In this document: piece after piece, positions 13,175-27,899 of the stretch
How positions within the stretch are numbered: position 1 is the first letter of the stretch
Layout of the letters: each line of letters begins with the position of its first letter
Source: the human T2T-CHM13v2.0 reference genome, Homo sapiens
NCBI GenBank assembly: GCA_009914755.4
Contig: CP086569.2
Location: 12,800,001 to 12,864,000 of the forward strand
Reading direction: 5' to 3'
DNA: 64,000 nt
The notes under the pieces: generated by a model
Databases searched by the model: none
What the model was told of the DNA's origin: nothing
What the model saw: the letters and a program-made list of their open reading frames with translations, nothing else
Translations under genes and position numbers: made by a program

Positions 13175-14164
13175 TGTCTATTATTTATCTGTCTACATTT
13201 TGTCATCCATTCATCTATCTATTATCTATCTATCTATCTAGGTATTATTTATTCATCTGTCTATCCATTTATCTATTATCTACCTATCATCTATCTCTCT
13301 GACTACATATCATCTGTTTATCTGCTATTTATCATCCATCCATCTAGCTATTATAGCTATAACTGTTCTATCATCCATTTATTCATCTATTATCTACCAT
13401 TTATCTATCATCTATCTATCCATTATCATTCCATCTACTTATGTATCCATCTTTCATCCATTCATTCATCCACTATGTATCATCTATGCATCTATCCATC
13501 TATTTATTACCTACTTATCTGTCCATTATGTATCTATTTATCAATCATCTATCTACTATCATCTATCCATCTAGCTATAGTGTATCTATTCTATCATGTA
13601 TTTATTTATCTATTATCTATCTATCCATCTTCTATGTATCTATCTCATCCATCTATCAAGCTATCTGTTATATATTTATTCCATCTATCTTCCATCCATC
13701 CATTCATTTGTTATCTTTCTATATATTATCCATCATCTATCCATTCATCTACCTATCTACCTAGCTATCATTTTTTATCTATCATGCATTCATATAGGTA
13801 TTATGTATCCATTACATCATCTGTGTATCAATCTATTATCTATTTATTATTCATCTATTATCTATATACCTATTACTTGTCTATCATCTATCTGTGATAT
13901 ATGTGCATGCATTTATGCCTGTCTAGATGTAGATGCATGTATGTGTGTGTGTGTATGTATAGCTTTGTGTAGACGTAGATATTCATTAAGGATTTGAACT
14001 GCTTTATAGAAGTGCGTGAACCAACTTATGTGAATAATAAAATTGGATAAGGTAGGGTCACAATATTTGAGCAATGTTGAATTCTGTGGGTGACTTTGTG
14101 GGGGGAGAATAATATTTCTGCTCTGTATATGTGAAAATGAATTTTGCCTCAAGAAGTTTGTAAC

Positions 14165-14300
14165 CTAGTAGGGTAGAGATACACATGCTAATTCATATAT
14201 ATACATGTACACACATATACACATATATGCATATATACACACATACACATGTATGTGCATATATACACACATACACATACATACATACACATACACCCCA
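14165..14300. repeat. (CA)n/(TA)n/(CATA)n compound microsatellite
   Basis: Direct reading. Confidence 0.9.
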
Positions 14301-15959
14301 TGATCCAAAATGCTCCACCTATTCTGACCCTACCGTATTGTGAATTTTATTTCCATATAAGCTGCAAATCGCCTCTGAGTGCAGACCACAAGCTCCAATA
14401 TTTCACAATCATGTCATGGCTGGTCTCACAGCTAACACCTTACTTTGGGTCCCACATTCTTCACTGTGCAAGTCATTGCATTCTTTAATTCCCAATTATT
14501 TTGGCTTATCAGATGTTCACTGCAATTCTTAAGGTGCGGAGGCTGCATCACCTTGTTTTGGAACTGAACTGAGGTCTGCTCACCCAGTGCAGTAAGACCA
14601 GATGTATACAGTGAGGTTTGCAGTGGGAGAAAGGAGGGTGTTTATTTGCAGGGCACAAAACAAGGAGAATTGGGCAGCTCTTGATTAAACCCTGGCCTTC
14701 ATGATGGCTTCAAGGTATGAATTCTTTAATTCATGGAGGCAGAGGTTACAGGCAAAGTCATAAGTCAATGCATGGAGGTTATATATTGGTTTGACCTAAA
14801 ATGATGAGAAACCCCAAAGCAGAGGCCTATGGGTCTTAGGTGGATTTAAAGCCTCTCTGATTGTAATTCATGAGCAGGAAAAGCTTTGTCTTAAAATTTG
14901 GGATCAGCAGGAAAGACAGTTCATCCTAACCCAGGGCTGTGACACCCAGGCCCTTCGGGAAGAAATTGAGAACAAGGAATGGTGCTCAGAGTGTAACCCC
15001 CAGTTCCCCTTATTTGAAGTCTGGAGAGAGGGTGGTAGATCTATTGGGTGGGGGTCTGGGTTTCTGGAAACACAACTCAGAGACACATGCTAAGATGTTA
15101 TATTTAGTTCTTGTAGGGGAGCCAAGCATCTTGTGACTCTAACTTCTTCCTTGGCAATTGTTTTAAGCTACGATTACCTTCTTGCTTATCAGGCTGCTCA
15201 TTGACTTCTCAGAGCCAGCTAGATGCCTGGAATTTCCCTCCAAGGAACTCAAGATTTTCCTTCATTTCCATGTCTGGGGAATCCCACAGGCTCCAAAGAG
15301 AGGGGTCCTTACTCCATCTCAGGCTCTTCTCTTCTGTGTCTTTCTTGCTTGGTTGCAAAATCTGCAGAGAAGGAAGGTGGCAGGAGGAGAAGGTGCCACC
15401 CAGACACCCGAGACAGGCCAGCCACGAGACACCTGAGAAACATAGCAGAAGCTGCAGGCAACTGGCCATGGTGGCGTTGGAGTACAAAGTGCAGTTTGCA
15501 GGATTGAGTGTGGAGCACAAGTGTCCTACATAGAGGCGTATATACAAGCAAAGAAATTGCACGTTTGCAATACAAAACATTTTAAAATTTAGAGCAAGGG
15601 TTAAATTGATGTGACAGTGTGGTGAGCTCATGGAACACAAGTATTTGGTCAATCACTAGTCTAGGCATTGTCATGCAGGTATTTTCTAGATGAGATTAAT
15701 GCTGAAATCCATAGACTTTGAGTAAAGCAGATTGCCCACCATGAGGTATGTGGGCCTTGTCCAATCAGCTGAAGACCGAAGGACAAGAAAAGACTGTGGG
15801 CCCTGGAGGAGAAAGGAATTTTGCCTCCACACAGAGGACTTTGGGCTTGAGCTGCAGCATCAGTTTTTCCCTGGGTCTCCAGCCTGCTGCTGGTCTACCC
15901 TGCAGACATTGGACTTACCAAGTCTCTTTAATCACATAAGCCAGTTTCTTCAAAACTCT

Positions 15960-16355
15960 GTGTACATGTGTGTAAATAAATATATATGTGTGTGTGTATA
16001 AAATATGTATATGTGCATTTATGTGTATATATAGTATATGTGTGTATATATCATATATAGTATATATGTGTATGTATATGTAAATGTATGTAAGTGTATG
16101 TATATGTAAATATAAATATATGTATATACATGTATTTATATATTTATATGTATATATTTACATGCATATATATTTATATATACACAAAGACATATATACT
16201 TATTTATATACATATACACACAACACATATATATTTATATATGTAACTGTTTATATAGTTATACATATAAACATATATGTGTAAAATATGTATACTAGTA
16301 TAAACATTTGCATATGTATATGTATACTTATATAAAAGCATATATAACTATATAT
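15960..16355. repeat. TG/TA-rich low-complexity microsatellite block
   Basis: Direct reading (tatgtgtatatatag...). Confidence 0.9.
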
Positions 16356-16385
16356 ACAGTTGACCTTTGAACAACGCAGAGGTTA

Positions 16386-16726
<341 letters not shown>

Positions 16727-16819
16727 ACCTGTAACTTTTGACTCCTCCACGACTTAACTACTAACAGCCTAATGTCCACCAGAAGATTTAATGGTAACAT
16801 AAACAGTTAATTTACATAA

Positions 16820-17172
<353 letters not shown>

Positions 17173-17837
17173 TAGGGAAAAGAAAATGTCATGTAAGGAA
17201 ATCATTAGGACGAGAAAATACATTTACTAGTTATTTATTTATGATGTTAGCAAGTATATTCTTTTTTTAAACTTTCATTTTCAATGGATCATCCTAAATG
17301 TTTACGTTCTTTTTGTCTTCACATGGAGGAGGAGGAGGAGGATGAAGCAGAGGGGTTGGTTTTGCTGTCTCAGGGATGGCAGAGGTGGAAGAAAATTCAC
17401 ATATAAGTTCAAACCTGTGTTGTTCAAGGGTCAACTACATGCACACACAAACACATTCTATTAGTTCTGTTTTATCCTGAGTAATACATCAGGCAACAGG
17501 TGCAATGCACATTAATAGAATAAATTCACATTTCCACTCACTGAGTATCCTTGCAAGTGGTGAAATTACACATTGCACAATTGTTGACCATGCCACATAG
17601 GACATGAACATTTATGTCTGTTATAAAACTTATGAGCAGAGAGTGCAAACTGTAAAATGAAACCATTTTCAGAGCTCTGAGTAGCTGGGTTATGCATGTA
17701 TATGGAAAACCTCACACTGTCAAAGTTAGTAGAAACCCAGGTAAGTAACCAAATGGTCTGAGCCACCAAAACTGTTCCAAATTGGAGGGCAGTTTGTGAT
17801 TGTAGTGATTCTTTTGTTGGTTGTCAACTTACAGGCC

Positions 17838-17881
17838 ATGCCTTGTCTCTCTTTTTTTTTTCTTTCTTTTTTCTTTCTTTC

Positions 17882-17940
<59 letters not shown>

Positions 17941-18025
17941 CTTTCTTTCTTTCTTTTTCTTTCTTTCTTCTTTCTTTCTCTCTCTCTCTTTCTTTCCTTC
18001 CTTCCTTCTTTCTTTTTTTCTTTCA
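17838..18025 (+). repeat. (TTTC)n/(CTTT)n microsatellite, the expanded tail of the adjacent minus-strand Alu
   Basis: Direct reading. Accounts for ORFs 17796-18180. Confidence 0.95.
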
Positions 18026-18310
18026 GACAGGGTCTTTCTCTGTCTCCCAGGCTAGAGCACAGTTGTGCAATCATAGCTCACTGCTGCCTTGACCTCCTGG
18101 GATCAAGTGATTCTCCCACCTCAGCCTCCCAGGTAGCTGGGAACACAGGTGTGCACCACCACGCCAGGCTAATTTTTTGATTTTTTATAGACAAGGTGTC
18201 TTGCCATGTTGCCCAGACTGATCTTTAAACTCTTAGGCTCAAGCTATCCTTCCACCCCAGCCTCCCAAAATGCTAGAACTACAGGCATGAGCAATCATGT
18301 CTGGTCTTGC
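18025..18310 (-). mobile_element. Alu
   Basis: Reverse-complement Alu consensus. Confidence 0.9.
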
Positions 18311-18849
18311 CTTGTCCTTTGAAAAGAAGGAGGAGGCTTCAGGCAAGAAGAAACAGAATAACATAAGATATACAAAACGCAACTGAAAATAGGTTATAAG
18401 GAATACAGATTATAAATGAGTGATAGAAAACCAGGGTGATATGATAGTGAGGGCTGACAATGAAATTACATGGATGTACACAGATGGTGATGTGTCTGTA
18501 CTTTCTGGCAGTCTAAATAAAGAAAGAACATAGTCCTTGACAGTTTTCAATATTAAACAGAAGAAAGAGTGGTGCTATTTAAGAAGCAAACCCTTTTTTG
18601 ATTCTGGACTCCCATTTTCTTGGGACTTCCTATATATAGAGGAGAGATATATAAAGTGGACACAGCCTTTCCAGGTATTTCAGGATCTGACTCAGTAATC
18701 AATTTCACAAGGATGTTTATCAATGCATCATTTGACAGCAGTTGCTGGCAGCTCTTGAAACACAAATACCAAGGCATGGCAGTAATAATCAAATTATCTA
18801 CAGCCTGGGTGACAGAGCGGGACTCTGTCTCAAAAAAAAAAAAAATAGC

Positions 18850-19090
18850 TAGTCTGATTGGAATAAGAAGATATGTAATTATGGTTTCAATTTGCTTTTC
18901 TCTGATGATTGGTCATGTTGAGCAAATTTTCATATGCTTGTTGGCAGTTTATATGTCTTCTTTTGAAGATTGTGTGTTCATGATTTTTGCGCATATTTTA
19001 ATACGGTTATACGCTTTTTTTTGGTTGTTGTTATGAGTCACTACCAAGTATAATATATATTTAACCTTTCTAAAGTGTGTTTTATCATTG
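18850..19090 (-). mobile_element. L1 ORF2 fragment in antisense
   Basis: ttctctgatgattggtcatgttgagcaaattttcatatgcttgttggcagtttatatgtcttcttttgaag is the reverse complement of a conserved L1 ORF2 segment. It is preceded by a short Alu 3' fragment plus A14 at 18797-18846. Confidence 0.55.
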
Positions 19091-20029
19091 AACCTGTTTT
19101 GAAAGAACCATCCTGTGAGGTTAGGATTCTGTGGACTACCTACTCATGGAGCGAAATTCTGTCCCAGAGTGTGCAGGAAGTTTTTTCATCCTGGAAAAAT
19201 ATACATAGGCAGTAATGAAAAACCTGCCGCATTATTGCTAATAATAATGATAAGTATTATTAGTATTATCATTACTTTATGTTACAGGATATGTATTCAT
19301 GAAGTACTGGTTGTCTACCAAGTCAAACCTTCTCAGTCTTTGTTCTTTCCCCAGTCAGGCTTCACCAGAATTCCAGGGAATCCAGGCTGGCTGAACTCAC
19401 TCAATTCTTGGAAGAATTCCTTCAGCTTTCCAGCACTCAGTATCACAAGAGAGAAAGAGCCATCGTTCACCCATAGAGCACGGAAGGAGATGGAGAAATG
19501 GCTTCCTTTCTCATCTCCCTGGTGCAGCCTTACAGTTATCCTAAAATCCTCACAAGGCTTCCAGGGTCAAATGTCAGTTGCCACTTTGGCGGCAAACCCA
19601 ATCATAAATCCTCAAATGGGCTTTTTCTCTTTTCCTGTTTCACGTCCTTCCCTCCACTTCCTGAGCTCTTGCTCCAGGGAAGGAATGGGCTCCAATTCCA
19701 AATAAATAATTGCACAGAAACCTCAGTCTCCTCTTCTGCCCTGAGTGCTTCTGTGAGTATAGGTTACCTACAAGATGAATTCTTGGAGACATTAAAAACA
19801 AACAAAAAAGAATGCACAGTGTTCTTGGAAACCAGTTCATTGTATTTCTGTAACATCTACAAAATAACATCATCTTTATTCTTAAAATAATAATTCATAG
19901 GACCTTTCTGGCTGTTTCTTAACTAGTCTGAGATGAAAATTATAGAAAGAAAAATAGCAACTAGATGTATTCCGGTTAAACATTTGAATTGTGAGAAGAA
20001 AGAAAAATGCCTTAGAAATACCTGTCAGA

Positions 20030-20205
20030 AAAGTGCACACACACACACGCACATACACACACACACACACAAACACAAACACACACAAACACACACATGC
20101 ACCTAGACATACACATACGCACATACACACATGCACATACACGCACACACACACATACACATGTACACACGGGCACACGCACACACACATGCACATACAC
20201 ACACA
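20030..20205. repeat. Imperfect (AC)n/(ACGC)n microsatellite
   Basis: Direct reading. Confidence 0.9.
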
Positions 20206-20280
20206 GTATCAAACTGATGAGGGGCTAATACCTAAACGATACAAAGTATGCCTATTTTTTAAAAATAATCTTTCTACCCT

Positions 20281-20590
<310 letters not shown>

Positions 20591-22466
20591 TGAAAATAAA
20601 ATCCAAGAAGAAAGGAAAAATGGGTAGGAATAATAATTCTCAGAAGAAGAAACTCGAATAGTTTGAATGCATATAGCAGACAGGGTGTTCTCTCCCGTCC
20701 TAAAGATGTCGTGTCCTACTTCCCAGAACCTATACATGTGTTATGCACCATGGCAGTAGGAAATTCAGGTTGTAGATGGAATTAAATTTTCTCTCATCAG
20801 TTGATCTTAAAATAAGGGGAGTATCCTGAGTAACACAGGTGGTCCCTTGTGACCACTAAGGTCTTTAAAAGATTGTAGGGAGGGAGAACTAGAGAGGTGG
20901 CAACTTGAGAAAGACTAGACCCGGTGGCTGTGGCTGGCTTTGCAGATGGAGAAAGGGGCCATGAGTCAAGAAACGTTGGTAGCTCCCATTAAACCAAAAG
21001 TAACTGAGAGAGATTTCAATCAGTTCAGAAAGTTTATTTTGCCAAGGTTAAGGGTGTGCCCATGACACACCCTCAGGAGGTCCTGATGACATCTGCCTAA
21101 GCTGGCTGGAGTACAGCTTGGTTTTATGTATTTTAGGGAGACATGACACATCAATCAATACATGTGGGATGTATATTTGTTTGGTCCAGAAAAGCAGGAC
21201 AACTCAAAGTGGCAGGCAGAGGGGCTTCCAATTGGTTGAAAGAGTTATTATCAGTAGAAAGGAATATCTGGGTTATGATAAGGGTTGTAGAGACCAAGGT
21301 TTTATGATGAAGATGAAGCATCCAGGTAGCAGGCTCCAGAGAGAATAGATTGTAAATGTTTCTTATCAGAGTTAGAGAGTCTGTTCTATCAGTGATTCCA
21401 AAAGGGAGGAGGGCATGATGAGGCATGTCCAGCTTCCACTTCCCATCATGGCCTGAACCAGTTTTTCAGGTTAACTTTGGAGAGCCCTTGGCTGAGAGGA
21501 GGGGTCCGTTCAGATAACCGGGGGGCAGGGAGTGGGGGGTGGGGAGGAAGCATTAGAATTTTATTTTTAGTTGACACTCCTAAAAGCTGGAAATGGCAAG
21601 AAAATAGATTGTCCCTGTATAGAGCCACCAGAAGGAATGGGGTCCTACCAATACATCAGTTTTATCCCAGGGAGACTCATTTTGGACTCTGACTTTCAGA
21701 TCTGGAAGATACTCAATGTGTGTTGTTTTAAACCACTGAACTTGTGAGAGTGCATTGTAGCATCCCTAGAAAACTCATTCAATGAGTACGAGGAGATGCC
21801 AAAATCAAAATGTAGTGAGAAATAAAAATGAAGATAATAAGATATCACTTTATACAATTAGAGGAGAGGGAGGAGGAATAAGAAGACAGAGAGAAAGAGG
21901 AAAAACATGTTTTGTTGCATTTTTTCAGGCAGTGTTATTATCAAGTCAGTGTTTTTCCTGTTCTATAGGAGTACATGTTAATAAGGCAGCCTGTTATTGA
22001 AACATGGTACGGAAAAGGCCAGTTTCAGTCTTGCAAATGGATGAGAGAAAGCCTGGAATATTCCTGGCTGGTTTATCAACCTACTGTCCTCAAATGGGGC
22101 ACTGAACTATTTGACTAAAATGTTCTCATTTTATCACCCTACAGACCCATGTGACAGTAGCCACAGGAGACTCACACACTCATCATCCTGCTGTTCAAAT
22201 TTCCCTACAAGACAAATGCCCCTGGGCCCTTTGCACCTTCTGGCCTCTCTGCTTGGAAGCTTCTTTCTCCAAATACTGAATGATTTATTCGAAAACCACC
22301 TCCTCAGAATGACTCTTCATCTCCCTTTCCAAAATTACCTTCTCCTTCCTCTTTGCCCTGATTCAGTTTTGGAAACAGTTCCTATGTGAATTGAGTGTTT
22401 ATTGTACTGTGTCTGACTCTCTGTCTAGAACGTGAACTCAGTGGAAACTTCAATGTTCCTACTCAT

Positions 22467-22523
22467 GGCCCTGTCTAGGGTTAGGGGTAGAGGTAGAGTT
22501 AGGGTTAGGGTTAGGGTTAGGAT
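22467..22523 (+). repeat. Short interstitial telomere-like (TTAGGG)n variant array
   Basis: gggttaggggtagaggtagagttagggttagggttagggttaggattagg. The homologous position in the other arm (24615-24640) has only about 3 units. Confidence 0.8.
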
Positions 22524-24022
22524 TAGGCATCCTGGAGCCATCAATAGCTATTGAATGAATGAAAGAGCATGGCCAGGTCTACATTAAGCAGTGAGGAGGA
22601 CAGCAAGAGCCATCAGGCTGTCATAAGAAAAGAGTAGAAGCATACCTATTACCAGTGGAAAATCAGAGTTAGGGGACACTACCTGGGTCTCTCAGATTCT
22701 GAGACACCTGCCTACATCGTAAACCTCCTTCCTTGAGTGGTTCTGGACCCCAACTACACAGTGAAGTTACCTGTGATGGCCTTTAAGGTGACTTTGGAAG
22801 TCACCTATGAGCATCCAGAAATACCTGAGCCAATGGTTCTGCCTATAGGCATTGAACTTCGTCGATCCTGGGTGTAGTCTGGATTCTGGGTGTGCAAATG
22901 TTCCATGGCCAAAGGTCCATGGCCAAATCTACATCCTATATGTCTGTGGTCTTGGGATACTTAGAAGTCTTCTATACCTATTTTTCAAAGAGTTGTTTTA
23001 ATAGAGAGGCAGCATACCTCCAGCCTTCTCTTTCTCTTTTCCCCACACTATTTCTCAGTAGAAGATTTGATGTCTACTGCCAATTGGAAAACACTCACTT
23101 GGCACATTGCACATCCTTTCCCCTATGTAATTCTATATGCGAGACACAATGTTCCTTCTTGTATCCCTTCAACTTCCCCCCTGGTCTTCAAATTGCATCA
23201 TACATTGTGTGCTGGCACTACCTACCTTTGTTATGGGTCTACACTTTTGTTCTCATGGCGTCTCTTGGGGAATTCCATGAGTTCCTACACTGCTTCTGAG
23301 AATGAATGACAGGCATTCCTTAGGGTCAAAAAATATTGGCCATTTTCTTTGGGAGCTAAAAGGAAAATATTGCCCACTCAATCACTTTCTCTTTATTACT
23401 TTCCATTTCTATTCTTTATGATACTCTTGGAAAATTAAAATATGGCCAGTTCCAATTATGGCTGAACACATGGCCAAAAAAAGAAGACTTAGCCTCAAAG
23501 AAAAGAAAACTGTGGCATTTTTCTCCCCGTAGAGAACTATATTTATGTCATAAATATAAATGGATAGTACAATGACTCTCAAATCCTAAGGGATAGACAC
23601 CCATGTGTAGACACATGTTTAGTCTAAATCAAGTTTAAAATTGGGTTTGATTTACTCTTCTGAAGAAAATATGACCTTCTTTATAAGAAAGATTGGCAAA
23701 TTCAGGATCTCCCATTTTCCCTGACCCATGACATCGTCTGCCTCCCACATCCCAAACCAATTTGATGTTCACTACACATTTGTTTCTCTCTTGGGGTCTA
23801 GGCATCATCATATCCATTTACAGGTTGTTAGACTCACAAGAAGAACATTTGCACTCCCAGAATTCAGACTACACCCAGTTCCAGTGAAGTCAAATCTATG
23901 TAGTTAGAACCATAGGTGCAGGTGTTTTTGGTAGCTCACAGGTGACTTCAAAAGTCACCTTAATGGCCATCACAGGTGGCTTCACTGTGTATCTGGAGCC
24001 AAAACCACTCATGGAAGAAGTC

Positions 24023-24378
24023 TGATATGGTTTGGTTGTGTCCTCACCCAAGTCTTATCTTGAATTCCCAGGTGTTGTGGGAGGGGACCAGTGGGAGGTA
24101 ATTGAATCATGGGGACAGGTCTTTCTTATGCTGTTCTTGTGATGGTGAATAAGTCTCATGAGATCTGATGGTTTTATAAAGGGGAGTTTCCCTGCACAAG
24201 TTCTCTCTTTGCCTGTTGCCATCCATGAAAGACATGACTTGCTCCTCCTTGCTTTCTGCCATGATTCTGAGGCCTCCCCAGCCAAGTGGAACTGCAAGTC
24301 TATTAAACCTCTTTCCTTTGTAAATTTCCCAGTCTCAGCCATATCTTTGTCAACAGTGTGAAAACAGACTAATACAAT
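24023..24378 (+). mobile_element. THE1/MST-type MaLR solo LTR, inserted into the right arm of the inverted duplication
   Basis: tgatatggtttggttgtgtcc...gggaggtaattgaatcatgggg...ccatgattctgaggcctccccagccaagtggaactg...aaacagactaatacaatg matches the THE1 LTR consensus end to end. Confidence 0.8.
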
Positions 24379-25489
24379 GTCTCACCATGCAGTCAGGTGT
24401 CTCAGAATCAGAGAGACCCATGGAGAGCTCCTAACTGATTTTCACTCACAATAGGTGTGCTTCTACTCTTTCCCTATGACAGCTTGATGGCTCTTGCTGA
24501 CTTCCTCACTGCTTAAGAAGATATTATGTCCCTGTCCAGAAGTTGACCCTATAAACATAGACCTGGCCATGGTCATTCATTCAATAGCTATTGATGGCTC
24601 CAGATTGCCTAATCCTAACCCTAACCCTAGACAGGGCCATGAGTGAGAATGTTGAAGCTGCCATGCAGCTCACATTCTAGTGAGAGAGTCATATGCAGTA
24701 AAATCAACACCAAAGTCACATAAGAACTGTTTCCAAAAGTGAATCAGAGCAAAAGGAAAGGAGAAGGTGATTATGGAAAGGGGTAGGTGAAAAGCCACTC
24801 TGAGGAGGTGGTGTTGAAATAAATCATTCAATATTTCGAGTTGGAAGCTTCCAAGCAGAGGGGCTAGCAGGGGCAAGGAGCCTGGGGTTAAATTTGTCAT
24901 TCAGGGAAGGTTGAGCAGCAGGATGATGAGTGTGTGAGTCTGTGACTGCAGTCACAAATTATCACCGATGCCACAGCTTAAAACAACACCCATTTATTCT
25001 GTTACAGTTTTGAACATCAGAATAAAATAAAGATGTCTGCAGAGCTGTGTTTCTTCTGAGTATTTTAGGAGAAAAACAATTTATTTCTGTTTCTGGCTTT
25101 TAGAGGCTGCCTGCATTTCTTGGCTCATGGAATCTTCCTGTATCTTCAGATTACATCATGCCAACCTCTGCTTCCTGCAGCCTGTGTCTTTTCTGTAGCT
25201 TTGACTCTTCCACTTCCCTTTTGTAAGGTTCTCTGTGATGATAGCAGACCCACCTGGATAAGGCAGGTGTTCTGAACCTCTCCAAGCTATACCTGATGAG
25301 CAGAGATGACAGAGTGGCTTGAAAAATGTTTAGGAATGTCTACAACTGGTTGAATGTAAACCAAGACTGACAAATACCTGTCCAAATCAAACAATGTGCT
25401 GATATATTCAGCTCCAATCAGCTGAGGTGTAGGCACCAACACTCATCCCAATCTGGTCTCCCTGGATAGCCACAGTGTGGAGTGCTCCA

Positions 25490-26110
25490 TTTTGAAGGCA
25501 TATAGTAGAGTGAATGCTGCTATAAGAAACTGTATCCCAGTCAATTCAGACTTCTGCAACAAAATACCTTAGATTGCATGGCTTACAAACAGCAGACATT
25601 GATTTCCCATAGTCCTGGGGCTGGGAGTCTAATATCAAGGAATGGCAGATTCAGTTTCTAGTGAAGACTCGCAACCTGGTCTCATCCAGATACTCCTGGC
25701 ACTGAGTGCTTGAATTTGAAGAAATATAGAAAAGCGAAGGTTGGTGTAAGGAACCGTATTCTAGTCCACTCAGACTTCTTTAGCAAAATACCATAGCCTG
25801 GGGGACTCACAAACAGCAGGCATTTACTTTTTTTACTTCTGGAAGCTGGGAGTCCAAGCTCAAGGTGGGGCACATTCAGTGTCTTGTTAGGACCCACTTC
25901 CTGGATTAAGATGGAGCCTTCTCGCTGTGTCCTTATATGGTGGAAGGGGCGAGGGAACTCTGAGGTCCTTTTTCTAAGGGCACTGATCCCATTCATCAGG
26001 CTCCACCTTATGACCTCAACACCTCCCAAAGCCCCTACCTCCCAACAACATCACCTTTCAGGTGAGGATTTCAGTATATGAGTTTGGGGTGGGACATACA
26101 CATGCAGACC
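25490..26110. repeat. Two tandem copies of the unnamed interspersed repeat family (same family as 6870-7730)
   Basis: Shared motifs: ataccttagattgcatggcttacaaacagcagacattgatttcccatagtcctggggctgggagtc, tgtccttatatggtggaagggg and catcaggctccacctta. Confidence 0.4.
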
Positions 26111-27164
26111 ATAGCAGACTCATAAACTCAACATGCATGAGTGCATATTTATTCTAAACCAAATTAAGAGACAGGAAGCACGATAATTTTTGTGTGTATG
26201 CCATTTAAGATTTGAAGGGCTGCTGTGTAGTTGAAATATCACAGACATTCTACAGGGTCCCTAGGGATGTACCTGTGATCCATGAAACTTACCTAAAGGG
26301 GGATTTTTGTCTCCCAAAAAGGAAAACCCACACTATATAGCTGGTGGAATGTGGAACAAACCTACACTAAATGAATTGAAATATCATGCCTATTGCTGGA
26401 GGCTGGGCAGGCCTTCGCAAGGGTGTTGCAAGTTTAACTTAGTCATCAATTGGGCTATACAACTACATGGCAATTATATAACCAGACAGGAAACTGCAGC
26501 CATTGAATTTTATTTCTTTTGAAAACATACTGATATCTGTTACCTTAATTATTCTTAAAAATGAGTTAAGCTCATTAGCTATTGTTTCCTGCTTTTTATA
26601 GCCTTCCTAATGAATAAGGTGGATGCAACTTCAGATCTTCTGACCTATTGTGGATCTGTTCATTCTCCTTCTATCAAGGTTACACTCTATTATTGCTACT
26701 GTATCTTTGTTTGCAATTAATTTGGCCACCCAGCTTATATGCTTGGACTATTGTTTCCATGTGTGGACAATATGCAAAGTGTATCTGTCTTCCTGCAAAA
26801 CAACAAAAAAAATGATATCATTTTCCAAGTGTCTCATAGGTGTTCACAGCCAGCGGCAATGTTTCTGTAGGAACATCTTACTTGCATTTTATTCCCTTAA
26901 CAATCATGATATGTTTAGTCTCTCTAGCAAGCTGCTACATAACAGCAACAGGCTGTGAGTCACTTAGGAATATAGGGGATTCTGCTAAGTAAACAAAATC
27001 AGCTCCTTTTTGTTACTTCTTCATAACAGGTATGGAAACTGTGGGTGGTTCATTTAGAACAAAGGTCTCATATTTAAAGATTTGAATTCAAGGGCACTAG
27101 TGCTTTTTCCTAGGACAGACACAAGGTAGGAGATAAAATTATTTTATTTTATTTATTTTATTTT

Positions 27165-27428
27165 GAGACAGGGTGTTGCTCTATTGCCCAGGCTGGAATG
27201 CAGTTGTCTGATCCACCTCCTGAGCTCAAGTGATCCTCCCACCTTAGCCTCCCGAGTAGCTGGAACTACAGGTGCGCACTACAACACCAGCTAATTTTTT
27301 TGTATTTTTTGTAGAGACAGGAGTCTCATCATGTTGCCCACCTGGTCTTGAAATCCTGGGCTCAAGTGCTCCTCCTGCCTTGGCCTCCCCAAGTGTTGGG
27401 ATCACAGGCGTGAGCCACCGCGCCCAAC
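27165..27428 (-). mobile_element. Alu
   Basis: Reverse-complement Alu consensus. Confidence 0.9.
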
Positions 27429-27899
27429 CTGAAAAGCTCTCATATTTTAAGACTCTAATTCATGTGTATTTACTGCTTTTTTCTAGGACAAACAGAGAGT
27501 AGGAGGTCAAATTATGTTGTTCAATTCAGGTATTTTTAAAATGTATCCACTTACATAGTCTAACTTGCAGTAAGCATCTTAATAAACCATTTTAATGAAA
27601 GGATGGTGGAAGGTAAAGTCCCTAAACTGGAGCTGATGATCATGAGATATACGTTGTGATAATTGTGGTGATACAATTAGACGGGGAATACATAACCCAA
27701 TTGGAGCCAGTCAGGGCAGGGGGTTGGGGTAGCTCCCTGCAGGCAAGACTCCAGGTAATGGCTAGATGTGAGAGACCAGGATCCCACTGGCTAGGAGAAA
27801 GCAGCAGGAGCCAGAGGATGCGGGGAACACAACAGGTATTCTGTGTCTTCTCCCCACCTTCCCCACTAAAAAAATTCCATGTCCACTCGAAACTTTGAA

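Larger units (their letters stand above)
22140..24960. repeat. Second inverted duplication. The left arm is about 22140-22920. The right arm is about 23830-24960, interrupted by a THE1 LTR. The arms are about 780 bp each at roughly 85% identity, with a spacer of about 900 bp.
   Basis: The rc of 24380-24660 aligns with 22430-22700 (..actcatggccctgtctagggttagg..catcctggagccatcaatagctattgaatgaatga..gcagtgaggag.acagcaagagccatca.gctgtcata). The rc of 23830-24020 aligns with 22740-22900. ORFs 22111-22389(+) and 24670-24900(-) share LLGSF.L.ILNDLF..HLLR...HLP. Confidence 0.8.

Noticed and set aside
13061-13997. ORFs of 278, 133 and 107 aa (IYLSIYLSIY...), with the mirror ORFs at 10633-11145
   Set aside because: They are translation artefacts of (TATC/GATA)n tetranucleotide arrays. 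Their mirror-image similarity only reflects the inverted duplication.
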